A DNA stretch of 64,000 nt from an uncultured delta proteobacterium (GCA_963804165.1 CAWDPO010000006.1:1-64000), one strand, 5' to 3'. Positions 42,851 through 53,668 are shown, numbered from the stretch's first letter. Notes: generated by a model from the sequence alone, not told the origin. Numbers and translations are program-made.

Positions 42851-43834
42851 TTACGCCGGTCGAAGCAGAATCTTTCGCGCACCGGGTCTTGCCGCATGAG
42901 TCATGGCCGCGACACCGTCGTCAAGTGAATAGACTTTGTCAATCAGAGGCGTCACCGCAATTTGCTTCGACGCCAGTGCCGCGAGCGCGTCCGGAAACGG
43001 CCCACAGCGTGAGCCGATCACATTGATTTCGTTGATCACGACCGGCGCCAGCGATATTTGATGATTGCCGGCGATGGTACTCTTGAGAATCAGCGTCCCG
43101 CGCGGCCGCACGGCGCTGAGGGCCAGCTCGAATCCTGACGCCGAACCCGTCGCTTCGACGACGACATCGAACAATCTCGGTTGCCAATCGTTCAGCAGGA
43201 TCGTTCGCACGCCTGCTTTCTTGATCAACGCAAGTTTATCGCCATGTTTTCCGAGCGCGGTGATTTTCGCGCCGGTAAGCCGCAATACTTGCGCACAAAG
43301 GCTCCCTAGCTTGCCGTCGCCCAAAACGAGAACATCATCGCCCGGATCGAGTTGGATTTGGGTGAGAATTTCGAACGCCGCCGCGAGCGGTTCGGTAAAC
43401 ACCGCTTCTTCGTCGCTGACGTTATCGGGAACCAAGTGAAGATTTTCCACCGGGACGGAGACGTACTCGGCAAAAGCACCGTCCGCGTCGACAATCCCCA
43501 TCACCTTTCGCATTGGACAGTGCCGACCGAGGTCGCGGCGGCAGGCGTCGCACTGCCCGCAAGCAAAATTGATTTCGCCGACGACGCGTTTGCCGATGAG
43601 TTCGCGCGGTCCTTCGCTCACCGAGCCGACGAACTCGTGTCCGGGCACGCCCTTGAAGCCCATGTAACCCTTAAGAATTTGCAGGTCGGTGGAGCAAACA
43701 CCCGCGAGATGAACCTTGATCAGGGCGGTCGAGGTCATCGGGCGACCGCCGGTCGCCCCTACGGCCTTCGATTCCGGCGTTGGATAACCCGAGTTGTATC
43801 GCAGCTCATGGCCGTCCCAATAGAGAGCCCGCAT
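42851..43834 (-). CDS. Zn-dependent alcohol dehydrogenase (MDR family)
   Basis: GVCSTD, GHEFVG, CxxCxxC..C, GDGKLG. Confidence 0.9.
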   Translation of the reverse strand: MRALYWDGHELRYNSGYPTPESKAVGATGGRPMTSTALIKVHLAGVCSTDLQILKGYMGFKGVPGHEFVGSVSEGPRELIGKRVVGEINFACGQCDACRRDLGRHCPMRKVMGIVDADGAFAEYVSVPVENLHLVPDNVSDEEAVFTEPLAAAFEILTQIQLDPGDDVLVLGDGKLGSLCAQVLRLTGAKITALGKHGDKLALIKKAGVRTILLNDWQPRLFDVVVEATGSASGFELALSAVRPRGTLILKSTIAGNHQISLAPVVINEINVIGSRCGPFPDALAALASKQIAVTPLIDKVYSLDDGVAAMTHAARPGARKILLRPA

Positions 43835-43851
43835 GATTCCGGTGAGTTAAT

Positions 43852-44666
43852 TTATTTTCTCAGGGCGCTGGCCCATTTTGTCTGCGGCGACGGCACAAGC
43901 TCGCCATCGACATAGATATCGCAGCCGCGCTCGTGGAAGAAACAAAGCAGGCCTTTGATTTTCGGACACTCGGGAATCGGCGCCATGTAGCCCCAGACCA
44001 AATCGGTGAAAGTCTCATCGCCGAGCTTTACCGACCAATAGGAGGCCGGTCCCTTATACGGACAGCGCGACGTTGTTGCGCTCGGCGACGAGCCCAGTCC
44101 ATGCGCACGTCTTCCTGCGGGATATAGTAGCGCACCGGATGATTGGTTTCGAAGAGTAAATGGGGCCGCCGCGTCTCCGCAACGGTGTGCCCGTCGATCA
44201 CGACGCGAATGTGGCGTTTGCTCGGCATCACATCGACGCGTTTGTACGGATCGCGCGCATGCTTGAAAAGCTCCTCGTCTTCCTCCATCCACTTTTCCAT
44301 TTTCGGCCAATCGAAGGCAAAGTGATCTTTCAGGCTCACCGCCTCGGGATGCGGAGTTCTATAACTCCACGCCGCGTTTTCGGCCCGGCGATCGCCGACT
44401 TGGATCGACCAATACGAAGCTTCGCCTTTGACAGGGCAAGGGCTCTTGAATTCGCTTGGCACGAAAAGATCTGTGCGTACGTCTTCTTTGGGAAAATAGT
44501 AAGCGGGCAAGATTTCCGCCTCGCGCAAGAGTTTTGCGTGTTTACTGTCGGCGATCGTCTCGCCGCCGAACATGACGCGCACATGGCGCGGGCTTTCGCT
44601 GACATGAAGCCAATGGCCCGGGTCGCCGTGGATCGGCACACGTTGCTGAGTGACGTTGCTCTGCAT
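43852..44666 (-). CDS. Tandem DUF427 protein (frameshift near 44100)
   Basis: CPVKGEASYWS and CPYKGPASYWS repeats. Confidence 0.85.
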
Positions 44667-44804
44667 ACTTCGGCCTCCCCTTACCCTATCTCTCCCCTTC
44701 CCCCGCCTTGTTCAAATGTTCCAGGTTCAAAGTTCAAGGTGGGGGAAGGGATCATTGAACATTTGAACCTTGAACGGTTGAACGGTTTTATCCTGCCAAG
44801 GCAG

Positions 44805-45758
44805 CTAACCGAGTTTCTTAAGTTTCTGTAAGCTCCGCAATTCGCGCGGCGGCTTCAGATGTTGGCCCATGATCGTCCACGATACTTCGCCGACATAAAT
44901 ATCACCGCGTGAATCGATGGCGAGCCCGTGCGGCGCGATGAACTGCCCGGGTTTTTCGCCGGCGCGGATGTCGCCAAGTCGCGCCAGCCGCTTTCCAGTC
45001 TTATCGTATACATCGAGACGGTTTCCCAAGTTCGGCGCTTCTTTATTGACGCCTAAGCCCGGACCGAGCTCACCGACATAGCAGATCGGATCCTTCTTCG
45101 TGGTATCCATATAAAGCGCGCAGGGCCGATGCATATTGTTCCACTGCGTTTCATATTTACCGTTGCTGTCGAAGACTTGAACCCGATTATTTTCCCGATC
45201 AGCGACGTAAACCCAGCCGTCTTTGTCGGTGACGATGTTGTGCACAATGTTGAATTGCCCGGGATCGGAACCCGACTCTCCCCACGACAAGAGCAACTTG
45301 CCGTCAGGGGAATACTTATGCACGCGTGAATTGCCATAGCCATCCGAGACGTAGATCTCGCCCTGCGGGGAAAACGCGACGTGCGTGCAGCGGTTGAAGG
45401 GCTCGCCGCCTTGATACGGCGCCGCTTTCCCGGGCACACCGATGGTCATGAGTATTTTGCCGTCAAGCGTGCACTTGCGCACCGTGTGGTCGCCGTCGTC
45501 CGTCAAGAAGATCGTTTCGTCGGGACCGATCGTCGCGCCATGCGCCCGCTTGAACACACCGTCGCCCCAAGCGCGCGAAAAATTCCCGTCCCGATCGAAC
45601 ACGATCACGGGATGCTTGCCGCGGGTGAAACAGTAAACCTGGTCTTTGTCGTCCACCGCAACCGCGGCGACTTCGTGAAAGGTCCAATCGTCGGGTAGTT
45701 TTCCCCAACCTTCGATCACTTCGTAGCGATAATCACCGCTTCCTACGACCGTACTCAT
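44805..45758 (-). CDS. NHL-repeat beta-propeller (PAL-like lyase family)
   Basis: IYVSDGYGNSRV, PGQFNIVH, VYVADRENNRVQVF. Confidence 0.88.
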   Translation of the reverse strand: MSTVVGSGDYRYEVIEGWGKLPDDWTFHEVAAVAVDDKDQVYCFTRGKHPVIVFDRDGNFSRAWGDGVFKRAHGATIGPDETIFLTDDGDHTVRKCTLDGKILMTIGVPGKAAPYQGGEPFNRCTHVAFSPQGEIYVSDGYGNSRVHKYSPDGKLLLSWGESGSDPGQFNIVHNIVTDKDGWVYVADRENNRVQVFDSNGKYETQWNNMHRPCALYMDTTKKDPICYVGELGPGLGVNKEAPNLGNRLDVYDKTGKRLARLGDIRAGEKPGQFIAPHGLAIDSRGDIYVGEVSWTIMGQHLKPPRELRSLQKLKKLG

Positions 45759-45845
45759 GATAACCTCCTTGCTTTCGCAGTCTCAAGTTTAGAGTCCAGC
45801 GTCTTGAGTTTGACGCGAGACACGAGACTCAAGACTCTTTCATAC

Positions 45846-46160
45846 TTATGCGGCCTCATGCTCATACACCGGCCGCCAAGCTTCGAAGCCACCGCTCATG
45901 CTGGCGACGTTGGCAAAGCCGTTCTCCAGCAGAAACGCCGTCGCGCCCAAACTGCTGTTGCCGTGGTAGCAGTAGACGACGACAGCTTGTTCTTTAGCGG
46001 TGTTTTGCAGGAATTCTTGCACATTGCCGTCGTTGAGTTGAACCGCACCCGGAATATGCGCTTGGCGATAGGAACCGGGATCGCGAATGTCGACGAACAA
46101 ACAACTCTTCTCATCGAGCTTCTTTTTGGCCTCGTGAATTGGTATCTGAGGTATTTCCAT
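45846..46160 (-). CDS. glpE: Rhodanese (GlpE-like)
   Basis: VDIRD, HIPGA, CYHGNSS active loop. Confidence 0.85.
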   Translation of the reverse strand: MEIPQIPIHEAKKKLDEKSCLFVDIRDPGSYRQAHIPGAVQLNDGNVQEFLQNTAKEQAVVVYCYHGNSSLGATAFLLENGFANVASMSGGFEAWRPVYEHEAA

Positions 46161-46275
46161 ACGGCGCTCCTTGCCTGACGCTGTCGTTTTATCAAGGTCG
46201 AATCAAGCTGTCCACAGCGACAAATTTCCCGCCGCTTTCATAGGCTCCAAGCCTGCCAACTGCTATAGTCGCGCG

Positions 46276-47442
46276 ATGACCTTCTCTCCGCTTACCTTGT
46301 ACGTGCTAGCGGCGATCTTCCAAACCGCCGGATCGTCCGGCGCGGCGATGCTCGCGCCGTTTTTCATGAAGGCCCATGGCTATTCCGTCGCCGTGGCGGG
46401 AGTGCCCTTGGTCGCTAACGGCGTGGGGCGGGTTTGTTCCGATGTCCTGTCCGGGATCATAGCGACTTATTTCAGCGCCGGATCGCTGCTCTTCGCCGCC
46501 ATGATCATCGGCATCGCGACCAGCATCGTGGGCTATGCCTTCATGGACAGCATGCCGGTGTTTCTCACCGCCTGGATCATATTTGGTTTGACCGAAGCGA
46601 TGTTTGCTTTGTCACTGCGAAAAATCGGCTTCGACCAGTCTCCGCCCGATCGTCAGGGCAGAGTGCAAGGACAAATGGCTTCGGCGTTAGGTATCGGGTT
46701 TACCCTCGGGCCGTTGCTCGGCGGCTTCGTCGGCAAATGGCTCGGACCGGACGGATTATTTTTTCTCTATGCGGCACCGCAATTCATCGGCATGATCATC
46801 ATCTTTGCCGCCGGTGCACACCGCTACCGGCTCAAAGACCGTCGCACCAACCCCAACCTGTGGCGCGAAGGACGGCGCTTGCTCGCTGGGATCCCTTTTC
46901 TCGCTTCGTGCCTGGCGATCTGTCAATCTTTCCTGTTTCTGGTCGGCGTTACGCGCATAGCGTTTCCGTTTCTCGCGGTCAACCTGCGCGGTATCAGTTT
47001 AGAAACCGTAGGGATGATCGTTTCGATTTCCCGTCTGAGCGACACCTTTGGGCGCTATATGGGCGGACGGCTTTGCGACCGGATCAAACCGGCTAACGTC
47101 ATCCTGCTGGGAATTACCGTCGGTGTGCCAATGTTCTTGCTACAAATATATGGCTCCGGCTTTGCCACTCTCTTGATTCCTTTGGCGCTCATGACGATGG
47201 GCTTCGGCTTTACCAACGTCGGCGCTACCACCTTTGCGTTACAATCCGCCGACCGAGGCGCCAAAGAACTCAGTCTCGGCATATCTCGCGCGTCCACGTC
47301 CGTAGGGCAAGCGATCGGACCTTTAGTATGCGGCGCGCTGATCGAGCAGATGGGATACGAGGGGGGATTTCAAGCGATGGCGCTGATCTCGGCGGTGGTT
47401 CTGGTCATGACCTGGATCGGCTTAAAACAACAACCGGAGTGA
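46276..47442 (+). CDS. MFS transporter
   Basis: Multiple TM segments, GPLLGG and GRLCDR motifs. Confidence 0.85.
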   Translation: MTFSPLTLYVLAAIFQTAGSSGAAMLAPFFMKAHGYSVAVAGVPLVANGVGRVCSDVLSGIIATYFSAGSLLFAAMIIGIATSIVGYAFMDSMPVFLTAWIIFGLTEAMFALSLRKIGFDQSPPDRQGRVQGQMASALGIGFTLGPLLGGFVGKWLGPDGLFFLYAAPQFIGMIIIFAAGAHRYRLKDRRTNPNLWREGRRLLAGIPFLASCLAICQSFLFLVGVTRIAFPFLAVNLRGISLETVGMIVSISRLSDTFGRYMGGRLCDRIKPANVILLGITVGVPMFLLQIYGSGFATLLIPLALMTMGFGFTNVGATTFALQSADRGAKELSLGISRASTSVGQAIGPLVCGALIEQMGYEGGFQAMALISAVVLVMTWIGLKQQPE

Positions 47443-47445
47443 AAC

Positions 47446-47521
47446 GGTTCAAAGTTCAAGGTTCAAAGTTCAAGGTCGGATCCGATCTCAGTCCTTGAAC
47501 TTGGAACCTTGAACTTTGAAC
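47446..47521. repeat. GTTCAAx heptamer inverted-repeat hairpin between convergent genes
   Basis: (GTTCAAA/G)n ... (C/TTTGAAC)n; similar near 44708-44785 and 62619-62680. Confidence 0.7.
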
Positions 47522-47531
47522 GGGCTGCGCG

Positions 47532-48323
47532 TTAGCGCAGCCCCTTATACTCCTCGCCGAGTCCGAGATCTTTCAAATACTCGATGCTGTTATTGGCGTA
47601 ACCGACCTGTCCCGCCTTCTCCGCGCGCCAGGCGTCGAGATATTTGACGATATCATCCAACGGCAAAACATCGGCATACTTCTGATTCATGTCGAAGAGA
47701 TTGATCGCATGACAAGCTTCATGTCGATCGAAGACACATTCTTCCGCGACCACCATGCGCAGCCGATTCGTCGTACCATCGACAACGCTGGCGCGCACGC
47801 AGCCGCTGGTGCTCTCCCCGCACGTGATGATCGTGTCCACGCCGAGAAAGTTTAAATGGCCGACCAGTGGCGTGCCCCAAAAGGCGCTCGGCGAGACTTT
47901 CTTGAACACGGTTTCACCGGGAATTGGTTTTACTTGATCGACGATGTCGTAACGGCGCCGAAAGCGATCGAGCTCTTCGGCGCTCATGGTCGCGCGTTTT
48001 TTTGTGTCGCGCCGGAAAGCCCAAGGCTCCACCGCGACTCCGTCCATGCCGGTGACGTGAATGATGGGGATCCCGACTTCGCGTGCTTTGCCCAGCAGTT
48101 TTTGAATGTGCGGCAAAGCGTTCCACCCGGCCAGCCCGCAACTGCCCGGCCAAGTCTTGATCGCTTCGGTCACCGCCTCCGGCTTGTCACCGAATACCCA
48201 GCGGTAAAGGTCGATCAGCAACAACGCCGGCCGCTCGCCGAAACCGATGCGCCGATCCGCCTTACCGACTAACGTCGCTTTGTCTTGCTCCGTGAGAAAT
48301 TTTTCCCAGACACGCTCAGCCAT
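47532..48323 (-). CDS. Isochorismatase-family hydrolase
   Basis: ALLLID, K..PSAFWGT, GESTSGCVRAS. Confidence 0.88.
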   Translation of the reverse strand: MAERVWEKFLTEQDKATLVGKADRRIGFGERPALLLIDLYRWVFGDKPEAVTEAIKTWPGSCGLAGWNALPHIQKLLGKAREVGIPIIHVTGMDGVAVEPWAFRRDTKKRATMSAEELDRFRRRYDIVDQVKPIPGETVFKKVSPSAFWGTPLVGHLNFLGVDTIITCGESTSGCVRASVVDGTTNRLRMVVAEECVFDRHEACHAINLFDMNQKYADVLPLDDIVKYLDAWRAEKAGQVGYANNSIEYLKDLGLGEEYKGLR

Positions 48324-48585
48324 GAGACACCTCCAAAAAAACGTGAATTACCTGAAGACTTATCACCCAGGTCCTTTCACGGTCAAGGCGATCAAATACC
48401 TCCAGCACGACCCGTCGCGGGCAAAATGCCATAAGACTTGGCACCTGCGCGTGGCTATTCGCCGACCGTAGATGTCATTCTGAACGAAGTGAAGAATCTC
48501 GACCGAAGTTGGTAGTGCTTTCGACTTCGTAGCAGTGCGTAGTTCGCTGTTGCTCCCGATGTTTCGTTGGCGCTATAGTCACCCT

Positions 48586-49101
48586 ATGGAAAAGCTCATT
48601 CCTATCGACCTAACTGGCGTCATCGAAGATGTCAAAGCTGAAGGCAAAACTCGCCGCGTGTTGTGGCAGGACTCGGAGTCCATCGCATTTCTGAGCAGCG
48701 GGCGTAAAGAGCGCTGGGATTTCCACATCGATCCGGCGGACGAAGTGACGTTGCAACTGACCGGTGTACAGCATCTGGTCTACCGAACACCCGATGGCAA
48801 AGAACAAACAGCCGACATAAAAGCCGGCCAGATCCTTCTCTGTCCCGCCGGCGTGCCCCACTCGCCGCGGCTCGAAGCAAACTCCTGGTTCATCGTCTTC
48901 GAGCGCAAACGCAAAGCCGGTGAATTGGATCACTTCAAGTGGTTCTGTAACAAGTGCGGCGAGAACGTCTACGAGACTTCCGTCGAAGTAGGCGATTACC
49001 GCGCTGATCCGGTGGGACAGGTTTACCGAAAGTTCTCCAGCGACGAGCAACTGCGCACGTGCAAGAAATGCGGCACAGTGGTTCCGGTGCCGCCATCCTG
49101 A
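48586..49101 (+). CDS. 3-hydroxyanthranilate 3,4-dioxygenase-like cupin
   Basis: RWDFHIDPADE, VPHSPR, WFCNKC...RTCKKCG. Confidence 0.8.
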   Translation: MEKLIPIDLTGVIEDVKAEGKTRRVLWQDSESIAFLSSGRKERWDFHIDPADEVTLQLTGVQHLVYRTPDGKEQTADIKAGQILLCPAGVPHSPRLEANSWFIVFERKRKAGELDHFKWFCNKCGENVYETSVEVGDYRADPVGQVYRKFSSDEQLRTCKKCGTVVPVPPS

Positions 49102-49190
49102 GCCGGGCGCAGGATCTCCGGCAAGCACCGAACTTTTCCTCCTGCACGCAGTGAAGGCTCTTTTCGATTGCCGGCGGGAAATAGAATTTC

Positions 49191-49979
49191 ATGTCAAACC
49201 GCGCCAACCCCTACGTCGCAAAACTCACGCGATTAGCATCCGCGTACCGCGAAGCGGAAGCGCAGGTCGTCAGTGCCTTCTTTAAGAAAACACGACGAAC
49301 CAAAGAACACCTCCGTTGGCTCAAGGCGCAGGGCTTTAAAGAATATTCGGCCATCAAGCCGATCGTCGATGCGCTCGCGGCTCTCTATCCCGACATCGAC
49401 CGCGGCATAGACCGCCATCACTACGCCGAGCTGACGGAGAAACTGGCGGATGAAACCAAACACGCGCGTTTGGTCATGGATCTCCTGCAACAAATCACCG
49501 GCAGAAAGATCACGCCCCGTGATCTCACCTGGCTGCCGCAAGACCGCGCTCTCGCCCGGGTGCGCGCGCAATATTCCAAGAGTTACGCGGGTCTCTTGCA
49601 CGGCTCGGTGAAGATCACCTCTAAAGAAATCAAACGGCGTGACGAAGAACTAGAACGTGCCGCGATCACTCTGACCGAGGGCGGTGGCGGCGCGCTGTAC
49701 CAAGTTTGCAGCAAGCTTAAGAAGAATGGCGTCGAGGGAAAAATCGCTCGCGTGTTTCGCGAAATCCTGCGCGATGAGGTCGGACACAAGGACACCGGTG
49801 CCCGGGCGCTCGCCAGCCTAATCAGCGACGAGTCCTCGTTTCGGCGGGCGGCGAGAATCATCGGGGAAGTCTCCGGCCAACGATTGCGCATGCGCAACGA
49901 GCAATTCGGCTTTCCGCTTGACCGACATGAAGTGGCGGCGCTCGACGGTCGCATCAAGCAATGGGTAGATAAGGAATGA
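49191..49979 (+). CDS. Ferritin-like domain protein
   Basis: Two DExxH motifs (DETKH, DEVGH). Confidence 0.65.
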   Translation: MSNRANPYVAKLTRLASAYREAEAQVVSAFFKKTRRTKEHLRWLKAQGFKEYSAIKPIVDALAALYPDIDRGIDRHHYAELTEKLADETKHARLVMDLLQQITGRKITPRDLTWLPQDRALARVRAQYSKSYAGLLHGSVKITSKEIKRRDEELERAAITLTEGGGGALYQVCSKLKKNGVEGKIARVFREILRDEVGHKDTGARALASLISDESSFRRAARIIGEVSGQRLRMRNEQFGFPLDRHEVAALDGRIKQWVDKE

Positions 49980-50845
49980 ATTTTTTAGTCATCGCCATAC
50001 TCTTTAGTTTGCTCTCCGGCTCCGTTTCATCGGCTCTTGAAATGCCAGCGCTCAGGACCGGCATCAACGATTTCGCCGCAATGTTTCCCCCGGCGAGCCT
50101 CGACGATCTGGAAACTCGCCTGCGCCGCTTCAACACTGAAACCGCGAATGGCGTCGTCGTGCTGACGCTCAAGAGTCTCGATGGCGAAGATATCCACAGC
50201 GTCGCGCTCAGAGCATTCAACGAGCTACCGCTCAGTGACGTCGAGCGGCAAAGGAGCGTGCTCCTGGTGGTAGCGCGGACCGAGCGACAAATCGCGATCC
50301 AAGCTGGCGCACGAGTGCGCGCCTTACTTCCGGAGCCAGCGGCAAGCGAGAAGGTTCTCGGCCAGGTCGCGCTTTACTGGGATGGCATGCGGCCCGATCT
50401 CGGCATTCACGGCGCGGTGCAATATCTTTTTCGCGTATTGCGCGGCGACGTCCGCGTCGGCAGCCAAACCGAGGAAGAAAAATTGCAGCAGACTTCGTTG
50501 CGCGGCGGCGAGGCCGGCGCGATCTTCGCGCTTTGCTTGGCGCCCTTTCTGGCGTTTTTCATCGGCGTCGGCTGGGGAATTTACGCGACTCAATACGGTG
50601 TGCAGCGTGGCACGCGCCTGCTCATGGGCGCGATCTTCGGTGGCGGCACGGCTAAGATCGTTGCAATGCTGATGTCCTTCCTGGGCGGCTATAGCGACAA
50701 TCTGTGGTATTTCATCATGGCGCTCGCTATTCCGCTCGGCGTATTCGGCAGCCTGACCGAGTTCTGGATGTGGGGTGATTGGAGTGGAATTCCGCGCGTC
50801 AAAGAACGCCGCCCGCGCAAACCGGAAGACAACATGGGAATATGA
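49976..50845 (+). CDS. TPM-domain membrane protein
   Basis: Signal peptide, INDFAAMF, VVVLTLKSLDGEDI, C-terminal TM segments. Confidence 0.75.
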   Translation: MNFLVIAILFSLLSGSVSSALEMPALRTGINDFAAMFPPASLDDLETRLRRFNTETANGVVVLTLKSLDGEDIHSVALRAFNELPLSDVERQRSVLLVVARTERQIAIQAGARVRALLPEPAASEKVLGQVALYWDGMRPDLGIHGAVQYLFRVLRGDVRVGSQTEEEKLQQTSLRGGEAGAIFALCLAPFLAFFIGVGWGIYATQYGVQRGTRLLMGAIFGGGTAKIVAMLMSFLGGYSDNLWYFIMALAIPLGVFGSLTEFWMWGDWSGIPRVKERRPRKPEDNMGI

Positions 50846-50924
50846 GAACAGCGAGTGGGAAGTGCCGAGGACTACGTGCTAATGGCGCAAATCAACCGCG
50901 ACTTAGATCCACGACCTGATTTCA

Positions 50925-51845
50925 ATGCGATTTGACTCACTGACCAGGCGCGATGTGCTGCGCATGGCGCTCGGCGCCGGCGCACTCGCGCTCGCCGGAG
51001 GAGCGACCATGGCAGATTCGATTATTCGCAAATCTATTCCGAAAACCGGCGAAGCTTTGCCGACGATCGGCCTCGGCACGTGGCAAACTTTCGACGTTGG
51101 CGCGGCGACAGCCGCTCGTGAACCGCTCAAAGACGTATTGCGTGAATTCGTCGGCTTGGGCGGCAGCGTCATCGACTCTTCACCCATGTACGGCAGATCC
51201 GAGAGCGTCACCGGCGATCTCGCCGCCGAGCTCGGCCTACAGAAAAAACTATTTCTCGCCACCAAAGTCTGGACCACCGGGCGCGATGCCGGCATCCGCC
51301 AGATGGAGGAATCGTTCGCGCGGCTGCGTGCGGAGCGCATGGAGCTTATGCAAGTCCACAATCTGGTCGACTACCGCACGCACCTCGCCACTCTCAGGCG
51401 TTGGAAAGAACAGGGAAAAGTTCGCTACATCGGCGTCACTCACTACACCGAAAACGCTTATGATGACTTAGCGCGCGTGCTCGCGGGGGAAGAGCTCGAT
51501 TTTGTCCAGCTCAACTACTCGATCGCAGAGCGCGCAGCAGAAAAACGCCTGCTGCCGCTGGCGGCCGAGAAACGTCTGGCCGTGCTTGTCAATCGCCCGC
51601 TCGCCGCCGGCGGATTGTTTAGTAGAGTGCGCGACAAGTCATTGCCGACTTGGTCCAAAGAAATCGGCTGCGCGAGCTGGGCGCAATATTTTCTCAAATT
51701 CGTTATCTCCCATCCCGCGGTAACCTGTGCGATTCCCGCGACCAGCAAAGTCGATCATCTCGTCGACAATATGCGCACCATGCATGGCCCGATGCCGGAC
51801 GCGCAAGCGCGCGAGCGCATGGCGCGCTACTTGGCCGACCTCTAG
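50925..51845 (+). CDS. Aldo/keto reductase
   Basis: IGLGTWQ, DSSPMYG, LFLATKVW, QLNYS; TRRDVL Tat-like start. Confidence 0.9.
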   Translation: MRFDSLTRRDVLRMALGAGALALAGGATMADSIIRKSIPKTGEALPTIGLGTWQTFDVGAATAAREPLKDVLREFVGLGGSVIDSSPMYGRSESVTGDLAAELGLQKKLFLATKVWTTGRDAGIRQMEESFARLRAERMELMQVHNLVDYRTHLATLRRWKEQGKVRYIGVTHYTENAYDDLARVLAGEELDFVQLNYSIAERAAEKRLLPLAAEKRLAVLVNRPLAAGGLFSRVRDKSLPTWSKEIGCASWAQYFLKFVISHPAVTCAIPATSKVDHLVDNMRTMHGPMPDAQARERMARYLADL

Positions 51846-51871
51846 AGCGCTGCTGAAATCTCTGTCGGAGT

Positions 51872-51975
51872 TCTTCGACGGTACTAAGAGCCCGTCCTGA
51901 GTTTATCGAAGGAACGAACGGAGGGTTTTGATATCTTCGAGGATATTCCGATTATGCTGAGCTCGTCGAAGCATT
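51872..51975. repeat. REP-like repeat family (CTGAG...TCGAAG)
   Basis: Related sequences near 52534-52620, 21031-21056, 11475-11496, 6623-6646. Confidence 0.55.
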
Positions 51976-52130
51976 CCTAGCCATTTTTTCCAGCAACCCG
52001 CGAGCTGCAGCTGCGCCGTAAATTGCGCCGTGATCGGAAGGCCACCCGCGACCGAGTGTCGTTGACAGTTTTCCACACCGGTGATAGCGCTGATTTCTAA
52101 TCAGAGATAATTTTTCGAGGAGGACTCACC

Positions 52131-52508
52131 ATGGCCAAGCTTCGTCATCTCGCCATTCTCACCCATCAACCCGATAAGCTTGCTGACTTTTACAAACGCG
52201 TTTTCGAAATGACAGAAATGTACCGCACCAAAAACGGCTCGGTTCATCTTTCCGACGGTGAAGTCAATCTGGCGATACTGAACGCGACCGACCCCAAAGA
52301 ACCCGGACACCAGCCGGGGCTTTATCACATCGGTTTTCACGTCGAAGATAACAAGGAAGTCGCTCAGCGCATTAAAGAAATTTATCCCGAAGGCGCGCCC
52401 AAAGAGCGTGAGGCGACCTATGCCGAGGGCCGTGGCTGCGATCCCGACGGCAACCTTTTCGATATTTCCACCGTCGGTTGGGGCCCCAAGCGCAGAATGG
52501 ATCTGTAG
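52131..52508 (+). CDS. VOC/glyoxalase-family protein
   Basis: LRHLAI, GLYHIGFHVE, DPDGNLFDI. Confidence 0.88.
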   Translation: MAKLRHLAILTHQPDKLADFYKRVFEMTEMYRTKNGSVHLSDGEVNLAILNATDPKEPGHQPGLYHIGFHVEDNKEVAQRIKEIYPEGAPKEREATYAEGRGCDPDGNLFDISTVGWGPKRRMDL

Positions 52509-52742
52509 GAGCCTGTGAAAAAAGGTCCGGAATGCTTCGACAAGCTGCTCAGCATGAACGGAAAATCTCAATCGCTTTAACTTTTCTCCGTTCGCCCTGA
52601 GGCTCTCGAAGGGTGAACGGAGGGTTCCTCAGTCACCGCGGTGCACCAGTGTTTTCGGTTAGCTTACGCAACCGCGTGTCCAACATGACTGCAAAAATAC
52701 ATTGCACTTTTCGTAGTTAGATAATTATCCCGCGGACTTTTT

Positions 52743-53642
52743 ATGGTCCTCAGATTCGGCACGTCGGAGGCCGGTGGCACTTTTCACTCGCAGGCGCTCG
52801 AGCTGGTAAGCCTCTTTAATGAAGCGCGAACAGGTGGCGAACCGTGTGTCGTGACAAACAATTTGATCACTCTCGAAGATGTCACGCTTTTCGACCGCGG
52901 TGAGCTCGACTTTGGCTTGATGGCGTCGAACTGGATCGGCCGGGCTAAAGACGGCGCGCCGCCGTTTACGCGGCCAATCGAGCTACGCATGGTTGCGCCG
53001 GCCAACGCCGGTCCGGTGTTTTTCGTCGCGCTGGCCGATTCGCCGATCCGAAATGTCAGCGACTTAGTCGGTAAACGGATCGCGCTCGGGCCGAAGGGAA
53101 GTGGCATGGCTCAGCACGCCGAGGTCATTTTCAAAATCCTGGCAATATCATTCGACAGATTTACGCCGGTCTACCTCGGTTTCGCTGAAGCCGGCGACGC
53201 TTTGATCGACCGCGAGATCGACGCTCTTTGGCAGCGACCGATCCCCAATCAAGCCATGACAGACTTAAGCGAACGCGCCGACGTCCGTGTGGTGAGTTAC
53301 GCTGACGGACAATTGGCAACGATCTTTTCTTCGGTGCCCTTCTACCGCGAGATCATCATTGAGAAAAATGCTTTTCGCGGGGCCACGGAAGCGTCCGCGC
53401 AAGTCGGCGTCGTTAACGTGATCGTGACCCACGAGCGCGCGGCACAAGACATCGTCCGTGTGATGGCCAGGACCATTGCATCCAATCTCGATGCATTGCC
53501 GCAGCTCAATCCGTTATTTAAATCGCTAAAGCCGCTGTTCGCGGCCTTGCGCGCGCACGGCCCGGCTGCTTTCGAATTCGCCGGCGTGCCGCTCCATCCA
53601 GGCGCGCGGCGGGCGTACCAAGATCTTGGGTGGCTAGAATAA
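52743..53642 (+). CDS. TAXI-family TRAP solute receptor-like protein
   Basis: FGTSEAGGTFH, DLVGKRIALGPKGSG, VPLHPGARRAY. Confidence 0.8.
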   Translation: MVLRFGTSEAGGTFHSQALELVSLFNEARTGGEPCVVTNNLITLEDVTLFDRGELDFGLMASNWIGRAKDGAPPFTRPIELRMVAPANAGPVFFVALADSPIRNVSDLVGKRIALGPKGSGMAQHAEVIFKILAISFDRFTPVYLGFAEAGDALIDREIDALWQRPIPNQAMTDLSERADVRVVSYADGQLATIFSSVPFYREIIIEKNAFRGATEASAQVGVVNVIVTHERAAQDIVRVMARTIASNLDALPQLNPLFKSLKPLFAALRAHGPAAFEFAGVPLHPGARRAYQDLGWLE

Positions 53643-53668
53643 TTTACCGGGCCGTCGCTCGTGTGACG

